From positions 62,001 to 105,970 of the forward strand of contig KZ538186.1 in the NCBI GenBank assembly GCA_000934665.2: 43,970 nucleotides of DNA, written 5' to 3'. Origin of the DNA: Catajapyx aquilonaris. Its lineage: Eukaryota. The notes beneath the pieces were generated by a model that worked only from the letters and a program-made list of their open reading frames with translations, made no database searches and had not been told where the DNA came from. Shown piece by piece: positions 10,503 to 23,604 of the stretch (positions within the stretch are counted from its first letter, which is position 1; each line of letters begins with the position of its first letter). The position numbers and the translations under genes are program-made.

Positions 10503-13500
10503 TTAGGCTTTGAGCAACTTGCCAGCCCGTTGATTAGCCACGGATATCCGGCTTACGTTGGAGTCAGCCTGGAATATGTAGAAAAAGTTAGTAAAATGTT
10601 TAAAATATTGTTGGCTATTTAATATGAAATATTTCGATGTCCTTGCCTTGTGGTTGATCCTGTTGAGTTGCGAGTTCTGGTTGTCGATTTCTGATCCCAT
10701 GTCGATGGCCATGTTGCGGAGATTGCCAATCATGGTGTTGACTTGTTTCGTGTTATCTTCCATCTCGTCTTCTCGAGCATCGTTGGTGATCCTGAAAATG
10801 ATATCCACAAGGTCAAAATGTGGGCTCAATTTTGTGCAAATTGTATATCAATCCGGCCATTCTGACCTGCCCACATAACCGCCATGTGCCATGGCCATGT
10901 CGTCCATCACCCTCTGCGGTTGGTTGCTAACAACGTTCCCATCATCATTTCCTTTCCACGTTCCTGCATCCTCCTTGAATGACGAAGACCTACCAGAGAT
11001 GCAAGAGAGTTAAAGCGAGTGAAGTGAGTGATACTGTGTCATCGTGCGGAACCACAAAGGACCTGACTTGTTCCAGGGTAAAACGCAGAGTCCGCAGCAT
11101 TTTTCCATGCCCTCCAAGTTCTTCTCTGCTTCCTTCATGTCAGCATTGATCTGATCCAATCCCTCCTCAATTCGGTCCAGTTGTTCTGTGGGACAGCATT
11201 CATGGCATTAGCATGTGCAAAATATCAGTTTCACAATTTATTTTGTTGTGTGCATTGAAAATATTTTTGGTGGATGTTGTTCCCAGTAATGTAAAAGTAA
11301 AATCAAAGATTTTTCATATTCGTTCTCCGAATTGCAAAAGTCTTGGGATTGAAAGTCACAATTTTGCATTTATTTTTTTTTGTATTTCAAATGGCCGCAG
11401 AAGACATTGTAGGAGCCTTTCTTCCAAAATTAATATTTGTGTTTATAATAGACGGTGTCCGATTAGAGTCATATTGCAGGCTTTTGAAGTCATTGAGTTT
11501 ATTTAAAATGTAGATTTTAGTGAATAATGTGCATCGACACTTCTACAGAAATTGGGCATTTACCTACTATTGGCATAAAATATAAAGTAGACTGTACAAA
11601 GTTCTGGAACTTTTTTTCCTTGTCTTTTGTGCTACTGCACAATCTGTACAAACCACATTTTGCGCATTCGCGACTTTCAAGTCCAGTCTAAATTAGTGCG
11701 CGTGATTTAACTGGAGATCTCGTTATTAAAGCAACAACGCTATGTAAACGTAAATAAATAATTATCGCAAACTTTGAAGTCATTAAATGATAAACGCATC
11801 GGAGGTGAAAATGGTCAAGGAACGTATGCAATATAAATAAATGTGTTCAAGTAGGGAAAAAATGTCGTGACAACTCACCTCCCTGGTCATCAAGGGCCAC
11901 AAGGGTCCTGATGCCAGCTTCCTTGCTCTTTGTAGCAAATAGAAATGGAAGATCACCTCAGCATGTTATGTATAAAACATGATTTGAATGACAAAGAACT
12001 AATAGCCACAAGGTAAATACGTTACGTTATTTCATTGGCACAGTGTAAAAGCATAATTATACTCTGTCCTTCTACGCTCTTTAAGAATTCAAGATAAAAT
12101 AATATTTTTCTTTCACATAAAAAAGCAAGATGTTCTAAAATCAACTTACTTCCTCACATAGTGTGAGCATACGCCGTGTACTCTCCAAGGTCTGAAAGAG
12201 AGAAGAAAAAGTTAATCATAATTACTCTTGCACAAGTAAATTCGAAGAAACGCATTATAATTATTGTGAATATTTTTATACGTCGCAAGTCTGACCAAGT
12301 GTTACCATCAGCCAGGAAAGTATGGTACAATCGGGTACAATGAAGCAAGTCCATACACTATTATTTTATGGTTGATAAATAATTCGCATTTGCTTACAGA
12401 AAAGTAATCGTGTATATGAAAGCATACTAGGTACTTATAATTTACTTTGTCATAAAACAAAGGCCCATACCAATCACGTACTGTACAATAGACTACATTG
12501 CTTCATTTTTTATTTTTTTTTCAATAAGGGTTCGTCCATAAATTAATACCGGTACATAACGGTAACCTTCGTTTTTTTTAAACCCACGCTTTCTATTTAA
12601 AAAAGTACCTCACGCTGTTGTATAATTCCTGACTTGCTGGTTTTCCCCATTTAAAAATTGATTTTAAAAAAAACCTCGTAAGGTCCGCTTTTATACATAT
12701 TTAAAAATGCGTTGTTATGTTCCCGCGCACCCCCTCGTACCCCTGTGTGACAGCTCGTAACGCTGCCCCAGCCTCAATCGGTGTGACGTAATGTACTTTA
12801 TGGACGGACCCATAAGGCAGAGAGAAACGCAGGTGTCTGTATTCATGTAATATTAATCAAAGATCGAGGAAAACTGCAGAAAATGCCTGTCAAATAAACT
12901 TGCTCGATGCAATATTGCAATAAAAGTTATAGCCCCCTTCCTTTTCAATGTCATGGCGACCTTGCACTCTTCAGTAACATGCCACTACCACTGATCCTCT
13001 GTTCAATTTCATTGTACCCCTCAAGGTCACCTCAGTTTGTGTACTAACCCGCATTTATCTCCCGATTTATTAGCATGGTTCACCGAGTTCAACACTAGCG
13101 CAAACATCACGAAACATGACGTGATCGCAACAGTCACGCCATTTGAGTGTATGACAAACATATCATTTGGAAAATGCGCCGTTAAGCCACCAACAAATAA
13201 AACGACATGTTCTACTAAATTCATGATTGCAAAAAAATGGGAGCTTCCCAGTGCAAGATCCTGGCCAACAATAAAAAAGAAACTGCGCGGCATGGAGTTG
13301 AAGTATGTGGGCGGCATCTGGTGGGCCTTAGCGCAAGCTCTGCATCCGCTGGCAATTTGCCCGCCACGAAAAACCTGCAGTGCAGCAAAAACTGATATCA
13401 CCGCCATGTCCCGCCCATGTGTTATGCGGAATTCTGAAGGTCAAGGTCGAATCGATCTGCTCAATACCCCCCGAGCTTCTCTGTCGTCAAGAGCACGAAT

Positions 13501-16423
13501 CTGTTTGGGTTCAATTACGTACCAATTCGGTAGCGATTAGCGTGATGCCTTAAGCCAACAATGGTTGGTAGCGATGGGTGCTGCTTGGTATTTTTGGTAC
13601 GGATCAAGAAAGTTTTTTTTGGGGGGAAAAGACTTCGATTGGTGGAAGTGTGCTGAGGGAAGTTACTGCGGAACCGGCTTACTGATATCGACTTTTAGCT
13701 CCAGGGGAAATACCCACGAGAATCGTGGTCTACAACAGATTGTGTTTTACATACCGCCTGGCAAATAAAAAGGTTTAAAATGAAATTGCCATATAAATTT
13801 TTCAGTAAATACAAAATTTAAACAAATCCGGAGGGTTATTCAACCGCAATTTGGCAAGAAACAAAGGGCTGATTTCCAAATGATCGCTGGAAAGTTTTTT
13901 CTTATTCAGGCCATTCATGCATTGCTCTCGTGTTCCTCACAATGCCTGCCAACATAACACTGGCATGCCACCAACTCTTTACTCACCTCACGAACGATTG
14001 ACTTCAGATTGACTGAACACTCATGTCATCACATAGATCTACATTATTCTCAAGCATGTCTTGTTACCATATTTTCATTCACAATATTTTTGTAATGTGA
14101 TTCTTGAAATGTTATCATCCACATATTTTGGGTTACCATACCTCAGTATGTTGGAAAACTGCTGGTGAGAAGTGGCCTTGGGTTTATCCTAACTAACAAG
14201 AGCAACCCAAGTGGCTCTTTTGTCTAGCGCGTAACATATAGAGTAGGGGCACAGTCCATTAAAAAAAAAAATACTCGAATACTATCAATTTATTTCAATG
14301 CATAAACATATAAATCCTCTTTTTCATTGAAACATATTTAGACATATGAGCACCACTTTCTTGTGCACGTCAATAAAAAGTAGGGTAAGAAACAATGAGC
14401 ATGTGAAATAAGTTGGGTGTACTTTCTTCCATGACATCTCTTACGGGCGGGACAAATGCCTTAATATCAAAAGTCATTACGTTGTCATGTGGAGGGTTTC
14501 ACATAATGCGCAGTTCGTATCAATAAATACATTGCTGATCTTTTATCGGACCCGGCGGACTTATTTATTGAACCGCCGTTGAATATAATATTATCGTATA
14601 ACGGGGAAACATTCCACATGCCATGAAATTAGGCCATTGCTTTTATCAAGAGGTAAGTAGTTGTATAACACCATTAAGATGGCATTAAGCGCTTTTAAAT
14701 ATTCCCTCTGCAAAAGTGTGACTATGTGAAAATAATTTACGGTGGCATAGAACAGCACCCGAGCTTGACGTTCTGACAACGTTGAATGGGATGCTTCTTA
14801 CACTTTGTGATAAAGTTGTTGGCCTAATCCACTTTACAACTATTGTAAACCAGGGTTGTCAAAACTAATTTTTACACTGTAAAAGCCCGATACACACATG
14901 AAGAGTGCTAGGGCCAGTTTTGCGGGTTCTTCTGTTAGTGTTTTTCATTGTTATTTAGTTAATGTTCAATAAATTCTGCTAAATGCCACCCGTTGCCACC
15001 CAAACATTGTTAAGAACATAAAACTATATTATATCCAACAATCATAAGAAATTCTCCTATGCGATATTGCCGATATATAAGCAATGTCAAAGATTCACTT
15101 CAGGGCACTTATAATAAAGGACAGCTGATAAGGGATAAATAATGTCGAATCATTTTTTCATACGTTTCCTATCTTTTTGGCTTGTACGGCCCTAAGGTAG
15201 TCCATGAAAATTACTCCCACGAGTAATGAAGTTTTAGATTAATTTGCTACGATTTAAAAATTATGCAGCCCCAAATCCTCAATGGTTAGTAATATTGTCA
15301 TTTAGATAGCGATTCCTCACTATTTCGTCACTTCAGCTTCTATATGCAGTATTCATTGCAACAATTTGTTTTAAAATTCGTGCCGACCTCATTATTTTTT
15401 GCGCACGTAAAGAAATAATCTCCGATAAATAAGGTCTGTTGGAAGCATGAGGCAGGCCAAGACCGGACCGAAATTGTGTCACGGACAGTTTTAATACGTT
15501 CCGGTAGATTATTATGATGCAAAAATTAGTCACTAATCATCCATCCATTTCCGTTTACGCTCTGTCGTGTTTGCTTGCTTTCTTCTCAACTCCTAAATAT
15601 CTACATGTCAGAGGAAACCTCGGAGACAATTATAAAGATTGTTCAAAGCAGCAAATACGACGAGATATCCAGAACACGTGTGTAGACTAATGAATAGCAT
15701 TCACTGAATAAAGTCAAATTCGGAGAGAAAACTGCCAATTAACCAATATGTGCAGTCTTATTTTATTTAAAAATTAGTCCCGGAACTGTTTGCTCACACC
15801 GCGCATATTGTACTTAGGAGTTACAAAAGGCCCCCCCGACGCCAGTTTATTGACAGAATATTTCATCATAGCATGTAGTGTGTCCTGCCGACACGTATAT
15901 ATTAATAATCAGCTGCAGGTCTTTTCATCACGCCAACTTGAAAGGTAATCTATAACATGTTAGTATTACTGTAGTATGCCGATTTTTTCAAATATTTTTT
16001 AAAAAGCTGCAGTGACAGTTTTATTTATGACAATAAGGAAGAATCTATAATTATGAGCTATGATTTGCTTCTTCCATAGTTTACTTACCTGGAATATTTC
16101 TACTGCAATCAGCATAATCATATAGCCTATTCCAATCGCGCACAAGTTTAAAACAGCTACACCGTATCAGTAAATTATAATTCTCATTACCTCATGTAAC
16201 TAGACCACCTCTTTGCCTCTCTCTGCCCATAAAGATAAAATATTGTAGACTTGAAGAGTATTTCAGCAGTGCCCCTCACTATTAGATTTCCGAAGCTGTT
16301 CTCATGAACATTTCGACATTCTGAACTCACCTCATCGGTGACCTGGTTGGATTTCAACTGCAACTCTTCCAGTTCAGTCCTTGGTGGGCCATTCTCCACC
16401 GCTGCTTCTGGAGCTGCCGGCAT
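10503..16423 (-). CDS. SNAP25: Synaptosomal-associated protein 25 (Qbc-SNARE), 211 aa, 7 coding exons
   Basis: Exons 16331-16423, 12150-12191, 11879-11927, 11068-11185, 10867-10989, 10647-10791 and 10503-10568 total 636 nt in one frame: [101 protein letters not shown]...[12 protein letters not shown]...[47 protein letters not shown]. The last intron has a GC donor. An acceptor 12 nt before the ATG implies an upstream UTR exon. Confidence 0.97.
12528..12811. mobile_element. PIF/Harbinger-type MITE
   Basis: TIR GGGTTCGTCCATAAA ... TTTATGGACGGACCC; flanks TAA / ATA. Confidence 0.7.
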
Positions 16424-19400
16424 CTTTCACTGCTCCTGGAAAATGAAACAATGTAAAGTGACATATAGTCACTTATTGCTATTAAGACTCTTCAAGTAAA
16501 TAATGTGCTCTACAGCCGCTGTATTGACCACTGCTAGTATTATCCGTCTACATGAACCCCGGAGAACAGTAGACCTTTTTACTAAATGTTCAATGTTTAA
16601 CTACAGCAAAAAGACAAACATTACGAACCCCCACCTAACCCTCTAAATAAAAGTGGCTACACCCCTCCATCGCCGCCCTGTGAAAGAATGAAGAGGTGCA
16701 AAGGCAAAGAGAAAGAGTTATAGATGTCAAGTAGGATTGAGAAGGAGAACAAATCCCGGTGTTAAAATTAGCCCGTGAAAACACGTTGATTGTCTTGACG
16801 TACAGTATACATATACTGTACGTTCCCTCAGGATAAAAAGTGTTATTTTGAGAAGAAGGATTTTAGCTGGGTTTTTTTCCCATGAAAGTGGGAACGAGGA
16901 CGCTGCGTGCAGCCCCATGGAGCCCCTGGGAAGAGCCCGAGGCCGAGGGGTGGGGAGGAGGAGGACAAGGTTTGCTCCCCCACCTCCCCCTCCTCCATGT
17001 CCCTCCCTTCCCGCAAGATCTCCGTGGAACTAGATTGAAGCTGGTAATAAACGGGTCGAAATTGGTAGGAAAGAAGGAACGAGAAGCCCATCAATTACGT
17101 AACTATTCTTGGCCCTTTTTGTTCAACGGCAATTGCAACCTTTCATTAGTTTTATGCATATCAATAACGATAAACATGATAGAAAATGGGTTACGTAACT
17201 CTTAATTATCATGGTTATAGATGAGAGTCCTCCCACCTGCCATTAAAATGGTGTGACGTAATTGATGGGTGCTTAATAGCAGAAGTAGGCGGCGTGGAAA
17301 AGTCAAAAATATTTCCATGTACAAAGTGATGGAAGCACTCCTGGAGTCTGCTTGTCTTGGAATGTTTCGTGTGTTTCCCGTTGCGCCGACGAACCATTTA
17401 GTGGTTGTCTTCCGACAGAATAGTGGTTCTGACGATAAGTCTTGTTGAGCAGAACTCGTTATGTTAGTCTCACCATGCAGTGGTTCCAGGTGCATGTCGT
17501 GAGTCCGCTAGCTGCTTTTGGAAGGATGATGATGACATTGATGAGTGTGGATAGCGAAGAAGACGGTAATCCATACGAGAGATGAGGTGCGCTGCTTCTG
17601 GGATGTTGGGTAGGGGCATCTCTTCCATGGCCAACTCAGTTCTCCATTCTAGCAAGTCGGTTCCCATTTTGCGGCAGTCAGTCGCGACACTCGAAAAAAA
17701 TAGGGTGTAGGTATTTATCCGGGCTCGATTCGGCATAGTGTCAAACATTTACGATTTTCCTGGCCTTTGGCGGAAAACACAAACCACAAATCTGGCCAGG
17801 CACATCCCGACACATCAAAGCTATCAGGCCGATAAAGACATGTAGTACAACACACAAAGCACTGGCGAACCTTGGACAACAACTTTCTTCTGTTAATCCT
17901 TCCCTACAACACCGAAAAAAAAACAGTGCTAAATTAATTGGTACTCACAATTAGATCCGCAGTGCGCAAGTGACGCAAAGTTGATGCACCACGAGGTTCG
18001 GGTATCGGTTTCTATTTGAACGTTGCCCGCAATACTATGCGGACCGATTGGAAAATTGAACGTCACACAGCAAATGCCGCTGCAGTTGTTGATGACGTTA
18101 CGCCTTCTCTTCTTCCAGTCGAGGAATGTTGGAGATGTGGATCATGGGGGAGAACCCACCCTACCCCCCTTCTCTATGAGCCTAGATCCCCCTCCCCCAC
18201 CCAACAGCACCCCCGTAGGCTACAATAGATCAATAGACGGCTTTCCAGGTTACCAGCGCCACCACCAATCCTAGACATGCAGTGCTTACACGTGGATGAC
18301 ATCATGTGCTTTAATTTATTTCAATGCACCCGCCAGTACAAGGTTACTTTTTTAGGGGTTGAACTGTAAATCTGTAATGTCTTTCCTGCAGGTTTCTAAG
18401 TCAGTTTTAACAATATTAGGGATGTTCTGGAACTTTTACATTGCAACAATCTGCACACTAGATGGTAACTAACATGTCAATAACAAACGCCGAGTTATTT
18501 ACAGTCTGGTCCATTACGTAATGAGAAACTCGCGTAATGCCATGCTGGATTACGGACGGTTGCTATGATACGTAACGGGAAATTCATTGTCATCAAACAT
18601 AACTTTGGTATGTTTGCTGACGTCTACGTATATCGTACTTTCGTGTGCTTTCTAAATATGCATAATTATTCTAATCGTTCTATTTCGATCACACAAAAAA
18701 AATTAATGGCCCTCATTTAACGGCATTGTGCATGATAAAAAGCTACCTTCTGAATCTATTTGAGAAATGGTAATGCTTAATATTTGTTTGAATTTTACGC
18801 TGTAATGCTACGGGACTGAATAGCCTGTCTTTTATGTGCGCTTCTATAAAAATAGGAGACCTTTACGAGATGACCTTGACTTTGAGAAGCACATGGTAGT
18901 GCTAAATGTGAAGAACACTTGGGTAGATATTCGTGAGCTACTATGGAAATAATACGCATTTTGCTGTTTCGTGATTGCCATGGTCATCTTGATTTGCTCA
19001 GACAACATGCGAGGTTGATAACTGGTTTTATGGTCACTGCAAACGTGTTCGGAAGGAAAGCAGCGCAACTTCCTGCTTTCAAACTATCAGTCATCGTACG
19101 TAAAATACTGCTTTATAAGTATTCGGGAAAACTCTTCCCGTTGAGTTATTCATTTATAGATTCGGGTTTACTCAGTTAAGTCAGTTTTGTTGGCATATTG
19201 CTTCTCGCATAAAAAATAATTGCGTAATATCTACAGCTTTTGCTTCCCCAAAACACAAGTAAGTTAACTTATATTCCTCTGCTAGGATAATTGGCTGACT
19301 TTGTGGTTTTGAATGTGTTAATCACTTGCGAAATAACGCAGTACAAATAGCTACAGTAATTTTCATGCATTACTGAAACCTGACGGATAAAAATAAAATA

Positions 19401-20856
19401 TGAGCCCTGAATTTCACCAGAAGTATGTTTTCAATGAATATATACGTGGCAATTCATGATTCTAAAAAAGGTTATGCCTTAAAAAATTTAATGGATGGTT
19501 ATACATTGCCATGGTTGCTATTTTACGAACTTGATGAATACAGTAGGTTACCATGGTAACACCCAACCATCCATATACAATCTCTGAATAGGCAGACTTT
19601 ACTGTACACTATAATTATAGGAAAACAATATGTGCATCTGGGGCATCTGTTGCATCAGTAAGGTTAATCATATTCAAAATATCCATACATCCGATTTTTT
19701 TGTACAAATAATATCTGGATGTTTTGAATCAAATACTCGTCTATACTTAGAATAGGATCGACTGAATTCCAATATTATTTTCCTGCGATGTCCTAATTTT
19801 GATACACATCGTTAATGAAGTTAATGAAGATAAGCTCAATTATGGTAAAACAACTAACGAGCTACCGTTCCATTGTTCAAGGACAAGGTCTAGAGTTGCA
19901 CCAGAGCAGCATTGCGGCAGCGATGCACCGAAACTTGGCAGAGTATCAAGAAGGTTAGTGTCAGCATTATGCGCAGGCGGCGCCGGCCCACAAATTCCCT
20001 TTCTTCCTATCCGGGGAAAAGCCAGCCTCCAACGATCCTCTCCCGTCCTCTTGCCCACGATTTAGAAAAGGAAAAAAAGAAAAAAAAATAGCCAAGGAAA
20101 GAAGAAGTAGGAAAATCTTGCTATATCAGGTAGTTCAGAGGCATTAATTTATCCTAGATCTCAATTTTATGCAAAGTGGCATAATTATATGTTTTTTTAT
20201 CAGTAGCTTATTTGCGTGGAAATTTTTTTTCTTCTTGCCTCAATCAGGAAACAGCAAGAAAGTCCTAATTGAATAAAAATATGAAGAGTTAATTACGATG
20301 TATTTGTCTTCAAAATAAAATGCTATCAAAGCCTCGTTTTTACGAAGACTTTGTGTGCTGATGTGGCGAAATGGTTTTTCTTATGTCAGATTAGTCAGAA
20401 AATATGGTTTATTCAACTATCGAAATAGTTAGAGGCGAAAGTGAAAATAATGCCGATAGAGTGGCTTTATCGAATACGAAAGAAAATAGTCAACGGGATG
20501 ATTGTAGAGCGAACAATTATTTTCATGGTATATAGCTTCTTCATGAGTTTGATGACTAATATAATACGGTAAGTTGCGGCGATGAGTGTCGTGTATTTTT
20601 AGCGCAGGTACTACCCAGATTCACACAGAGGTTTCCTTCATTTATGTGACAAAATCTCTCTGTATCGACCCAGGGCCAAATAGGCGAGCTTAATCTACAC
20701 TCACATTAGTCACATACATTTATATTGTTATCGATTATTATTATAGCTTCCTTGATTCAACCTAATAACGGTATAATGAGAACTGATGGGCTTTTTAGAG
20801 TAGCATTGTGTTAGAGTAATTTTTAATTTATTTCTGAAATTGTATTTAGGGTCATA

Positions 20857-21171
20857 CACGTTGAGAATCCTTTATCCGAAATTCCAAAAACCGCAAATCT
20901 CCAAAATCTGAAAGTATTTCGAGTGCTGCCATTACTCGCCACGAATGGAAAATTCCATGTTACGAGTGTAACATGACTATAATTATTACAAAATTTTAAA
21001 ACAAATTAATGTATAACCTCAATTAAGAAATGAATATGGATGTCACATTCAGGCATTTATCGTCCCATTCGAAAGTTGTCTCACTTTATATTTTAAAATT
21101 ACAAAACATTAATTTTGAAACCCGAAACACTTCCGGTTTCCAAGCATGTCGGATAAAGGATTCTAGACCGG
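20857..21171 (+). mobile_element. Tigger-type MITE (~315 bp)
   Basis: TA-flanked TIR CACGTTGAGAATCCTTTATCCGA ... TCGGATAAAGGATTCTAGACCGG. Confidence 0.75.
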
Positions 21172-21182
21172 TAATGACAATA

Positions 21183-22869
21183 CACTGTACTCACGATTAT
21201 TCGGGTGCGGATTATCCGTGCATCGCCAAAATATATAATTTCCAATTAAAGTCCGAAAAATGTGTCGGAATTTCGCTTGCTGCTTGTTGCTGCTAGCTTA
21301 GCAGTACCCAGTATTGGCACACACACTCTCTCTAGTACTGCTGAAGTTAGTCAGTAACTAGCAGTGGAGCGAAAATTCCACCCAGTTTCAATATGTCTCG
21401 CCAACGAAAAATACTTGCATATACTTTTGCTATAGAATGCAAAGTAAAAATCTAGGGTAAGTTTGATTATATTGATTCAATCAAGCAGGATTGGTTCCAT
21501 TGCAGATCAAGTAGTGAGTGTCAAAATGGGTCAAGTCATAGATATCGATTTTTTTGAAAAAAACAAAAAACAAAAACACACATATGTGAAACCCATATCC
21601 AATTGAACTTTTAGAGAGCAACCAGTTTTACGAGATTAAATTTAGTTATCAGTAGAGATATTAATATTTCTTTTAAGGGATGTTAAAAAGGGGGGCGTTA
21701 TGTGAGGGAACAGCGACGAGGCCCACCGCAGCTTTTTTTTTTTTTTTTTTTTTGCTGTTCAAGTTTACACAATAAGCTTAGGTGAATGTAACTGACCAGT
21801 TAGTTATTTATTTTGAACTGGTTTGCATGCTGCTTGGTTCCTTTCGTCAACATGCGCAAAATTTAAACATCCAAAATCATCCAAAACATTATATCAATCC
21901 AGTAAATGATATCTGCCTGTTATTTCCTTTAGATGAAGATGCTGAAAAGGGCAGCAAAATGCAAGATACTAATTACAACTGGCAAATGACCCAACAGACT
22001 CTTTGGGAATTGGCTGAATTATATACAAAGCGCGTAATATATTCAACGTATAAATACAAGAAAAATGTGTGCATGAGATAATAATTAGAGTACAAGTTGT
22101 AGTCAAACTCCATATTCGAGATTACATTACATGGGAAAAAGAAATGGGTCACGATAAGAAGTAATTTTAAAACTCAGAAAAAAAAACCCTGCTTTGTTGC
22201 CCTTTTACTGCTGTGGAATCTGATTCTAGCAAAGAAAATAGCCACCGAGTATATCACAAAATATAATCAGCACAAACGTCGTTTATCATAACGGTGTATT
22301 AAATTGCGAAATATGCGCATTTTGACCTAAATATGACAGATTGGAGATTTTTTTTTGAAGGCGACTGTAGCATTAAATCAGGTAGTAAATGTATGCATTA
22401 CATAACAGTACATCATTCCAAAAGTATGAACTTAAAATTTCATATTGGTTTTCAGAACAGTTCCGGAAATATACTCATTGAAAGCATCGGAAAAAGTGCA
22501 TCTTCCCGTGAATGTTATTTTTAGCACCCCTTAAAAGAAATTACTTATTGATATCTCGATAACTATATTTAATCCCGTAAAACTGATTGCTCCATAAAAA
22601 TTCAATTGGATGCGGGTTTCACATATATATTTTTTTCAAATAATTAAAAAAAAATCGGTGGCTATGACACCTTTTGACACTCACTGCCTGATCTGAAATG
22701 TAACCACCTACTCACCCAGCAACATACTTTCTATCTTGTCTATACAGTAGTATATATTAAAAACACGTGAATAGCTCTTTTTTTTAAACAATTTCTATGA
22801 CCATTTTCCTCTTATCCGGCAGTCTACACCCGTGCAGTCATTACCCCGGATAATATTAGGAGTAGAGTG
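21183..22869. mobile_element. pogo-like non-autonomous element interrupted by a nested insertion
   Basis: TA-flanked imperfect TIR CACTGTACTCACGATTATTCGGG ... CCCGGATAATATTAGGAGTAGAGTG. Confidence 0.55.
21480..22719. mobile_element. Nested DNA element with ~200-bp imperfect inverted arms
   Basis: 21490-21690 (CAGATCAAGTAGTGAGTGTCAAAA...ATATGTGAAACCC...TTTCTTTTAAGGG) is the reverse complement of ~22520-22715; exact termini uncertain. Confidence 0.75.
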
Positions 22870-23272
22870 TATTATACTGTACGGTATTGTAAGGCAAAAC
22901 TACCACAGATGAATAGGTCAACTACACTTTACTAGTTGTACAAGTGACACATTATGGCCACAAGATATGGAAACAATTTTTAAAAATATATTTAATTGAT
23001 AATCCGAAGACAATGAGGATTCAAATATATTTGGCTTGTTTATTTAATTGAATAGCGTGGTCAGGCGCGTGTACCTTTTAATGCTGCATTATGATTATTA
23101 TTTTTCTTTCTTCCCCAAAAGTGATTTTACAGAAATTTGTTATATCACGGTTTTAACGATCGAAGTAGAAGAAAACCGTTCGTCCTACGGCGCGGCGCGG
23201 CGGCGGTCTCTTCCCAGACTGTTACAGAACCGTATGTACAGTACATAACTAAAAACGCAGCACCTAATTAAC

Positions 23273-23274
23273 CT

Positions 23275-23309
<35 letters not shown>
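23273..23309. repeat. (ATTT)n microsatellite
   Basis: Direct tandem ATTT run. Confidence 0.9.
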
Positions 23310-23604
23310 GTGACTAGTATTGCACTGGATGATGGATACGCAATGACAACTGTACCCAATTACGTCATGCTTTTACAGTTGATCAGAAGGGAGTCGGGCA
23401 TCAATGTTACCCTGCTTCCAACCAGCTTCCAACTTTCTCTCCCATTCGGACGCAGGTCAAGATGGCGCCTTTCACTTTGATCAGGTGTATTATCAATGAC
23501 CCTATATCCAGTCGGTTTCCGTGTCAAGTCTTCTCTTTCCCCTTACATTGAGGCGGACAGTTAATAGCTGGAAGATACGCAACACTGCCCATCGAGGAGA
23601 AATC

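Noticed and set aside
11186..11878. Search for a duplicated mutually exclusive exon equivalent to vertebrate SNAP25 5a/5b
   Set aside because: No second EQLDR...CC-like exon is visible in the flanking introns.
13027..13540. 167-aa (+) and 126-aa (-) ORFs within a SNAP-25 intron
   Set aside because: No recognisable domain or splice context, and the plus ORF has a non-ATG start; likely chance.
16798..16823. Perfect 12-bp-arm palindrome ACGTACAGTATA-CA-TATACTGTACGT
   Set aside because: Short, AT-rich and isolated; possibly a transposon footprint, with no supportable function.
17470..17748. 92-aa ORF as an N-terminal extension of SNAP-25
   Set aside because: An in-frame TGA lies 6 nt before the SNAP-25 ATG and the splice phase does not match; kept only as a possible uORF exon.
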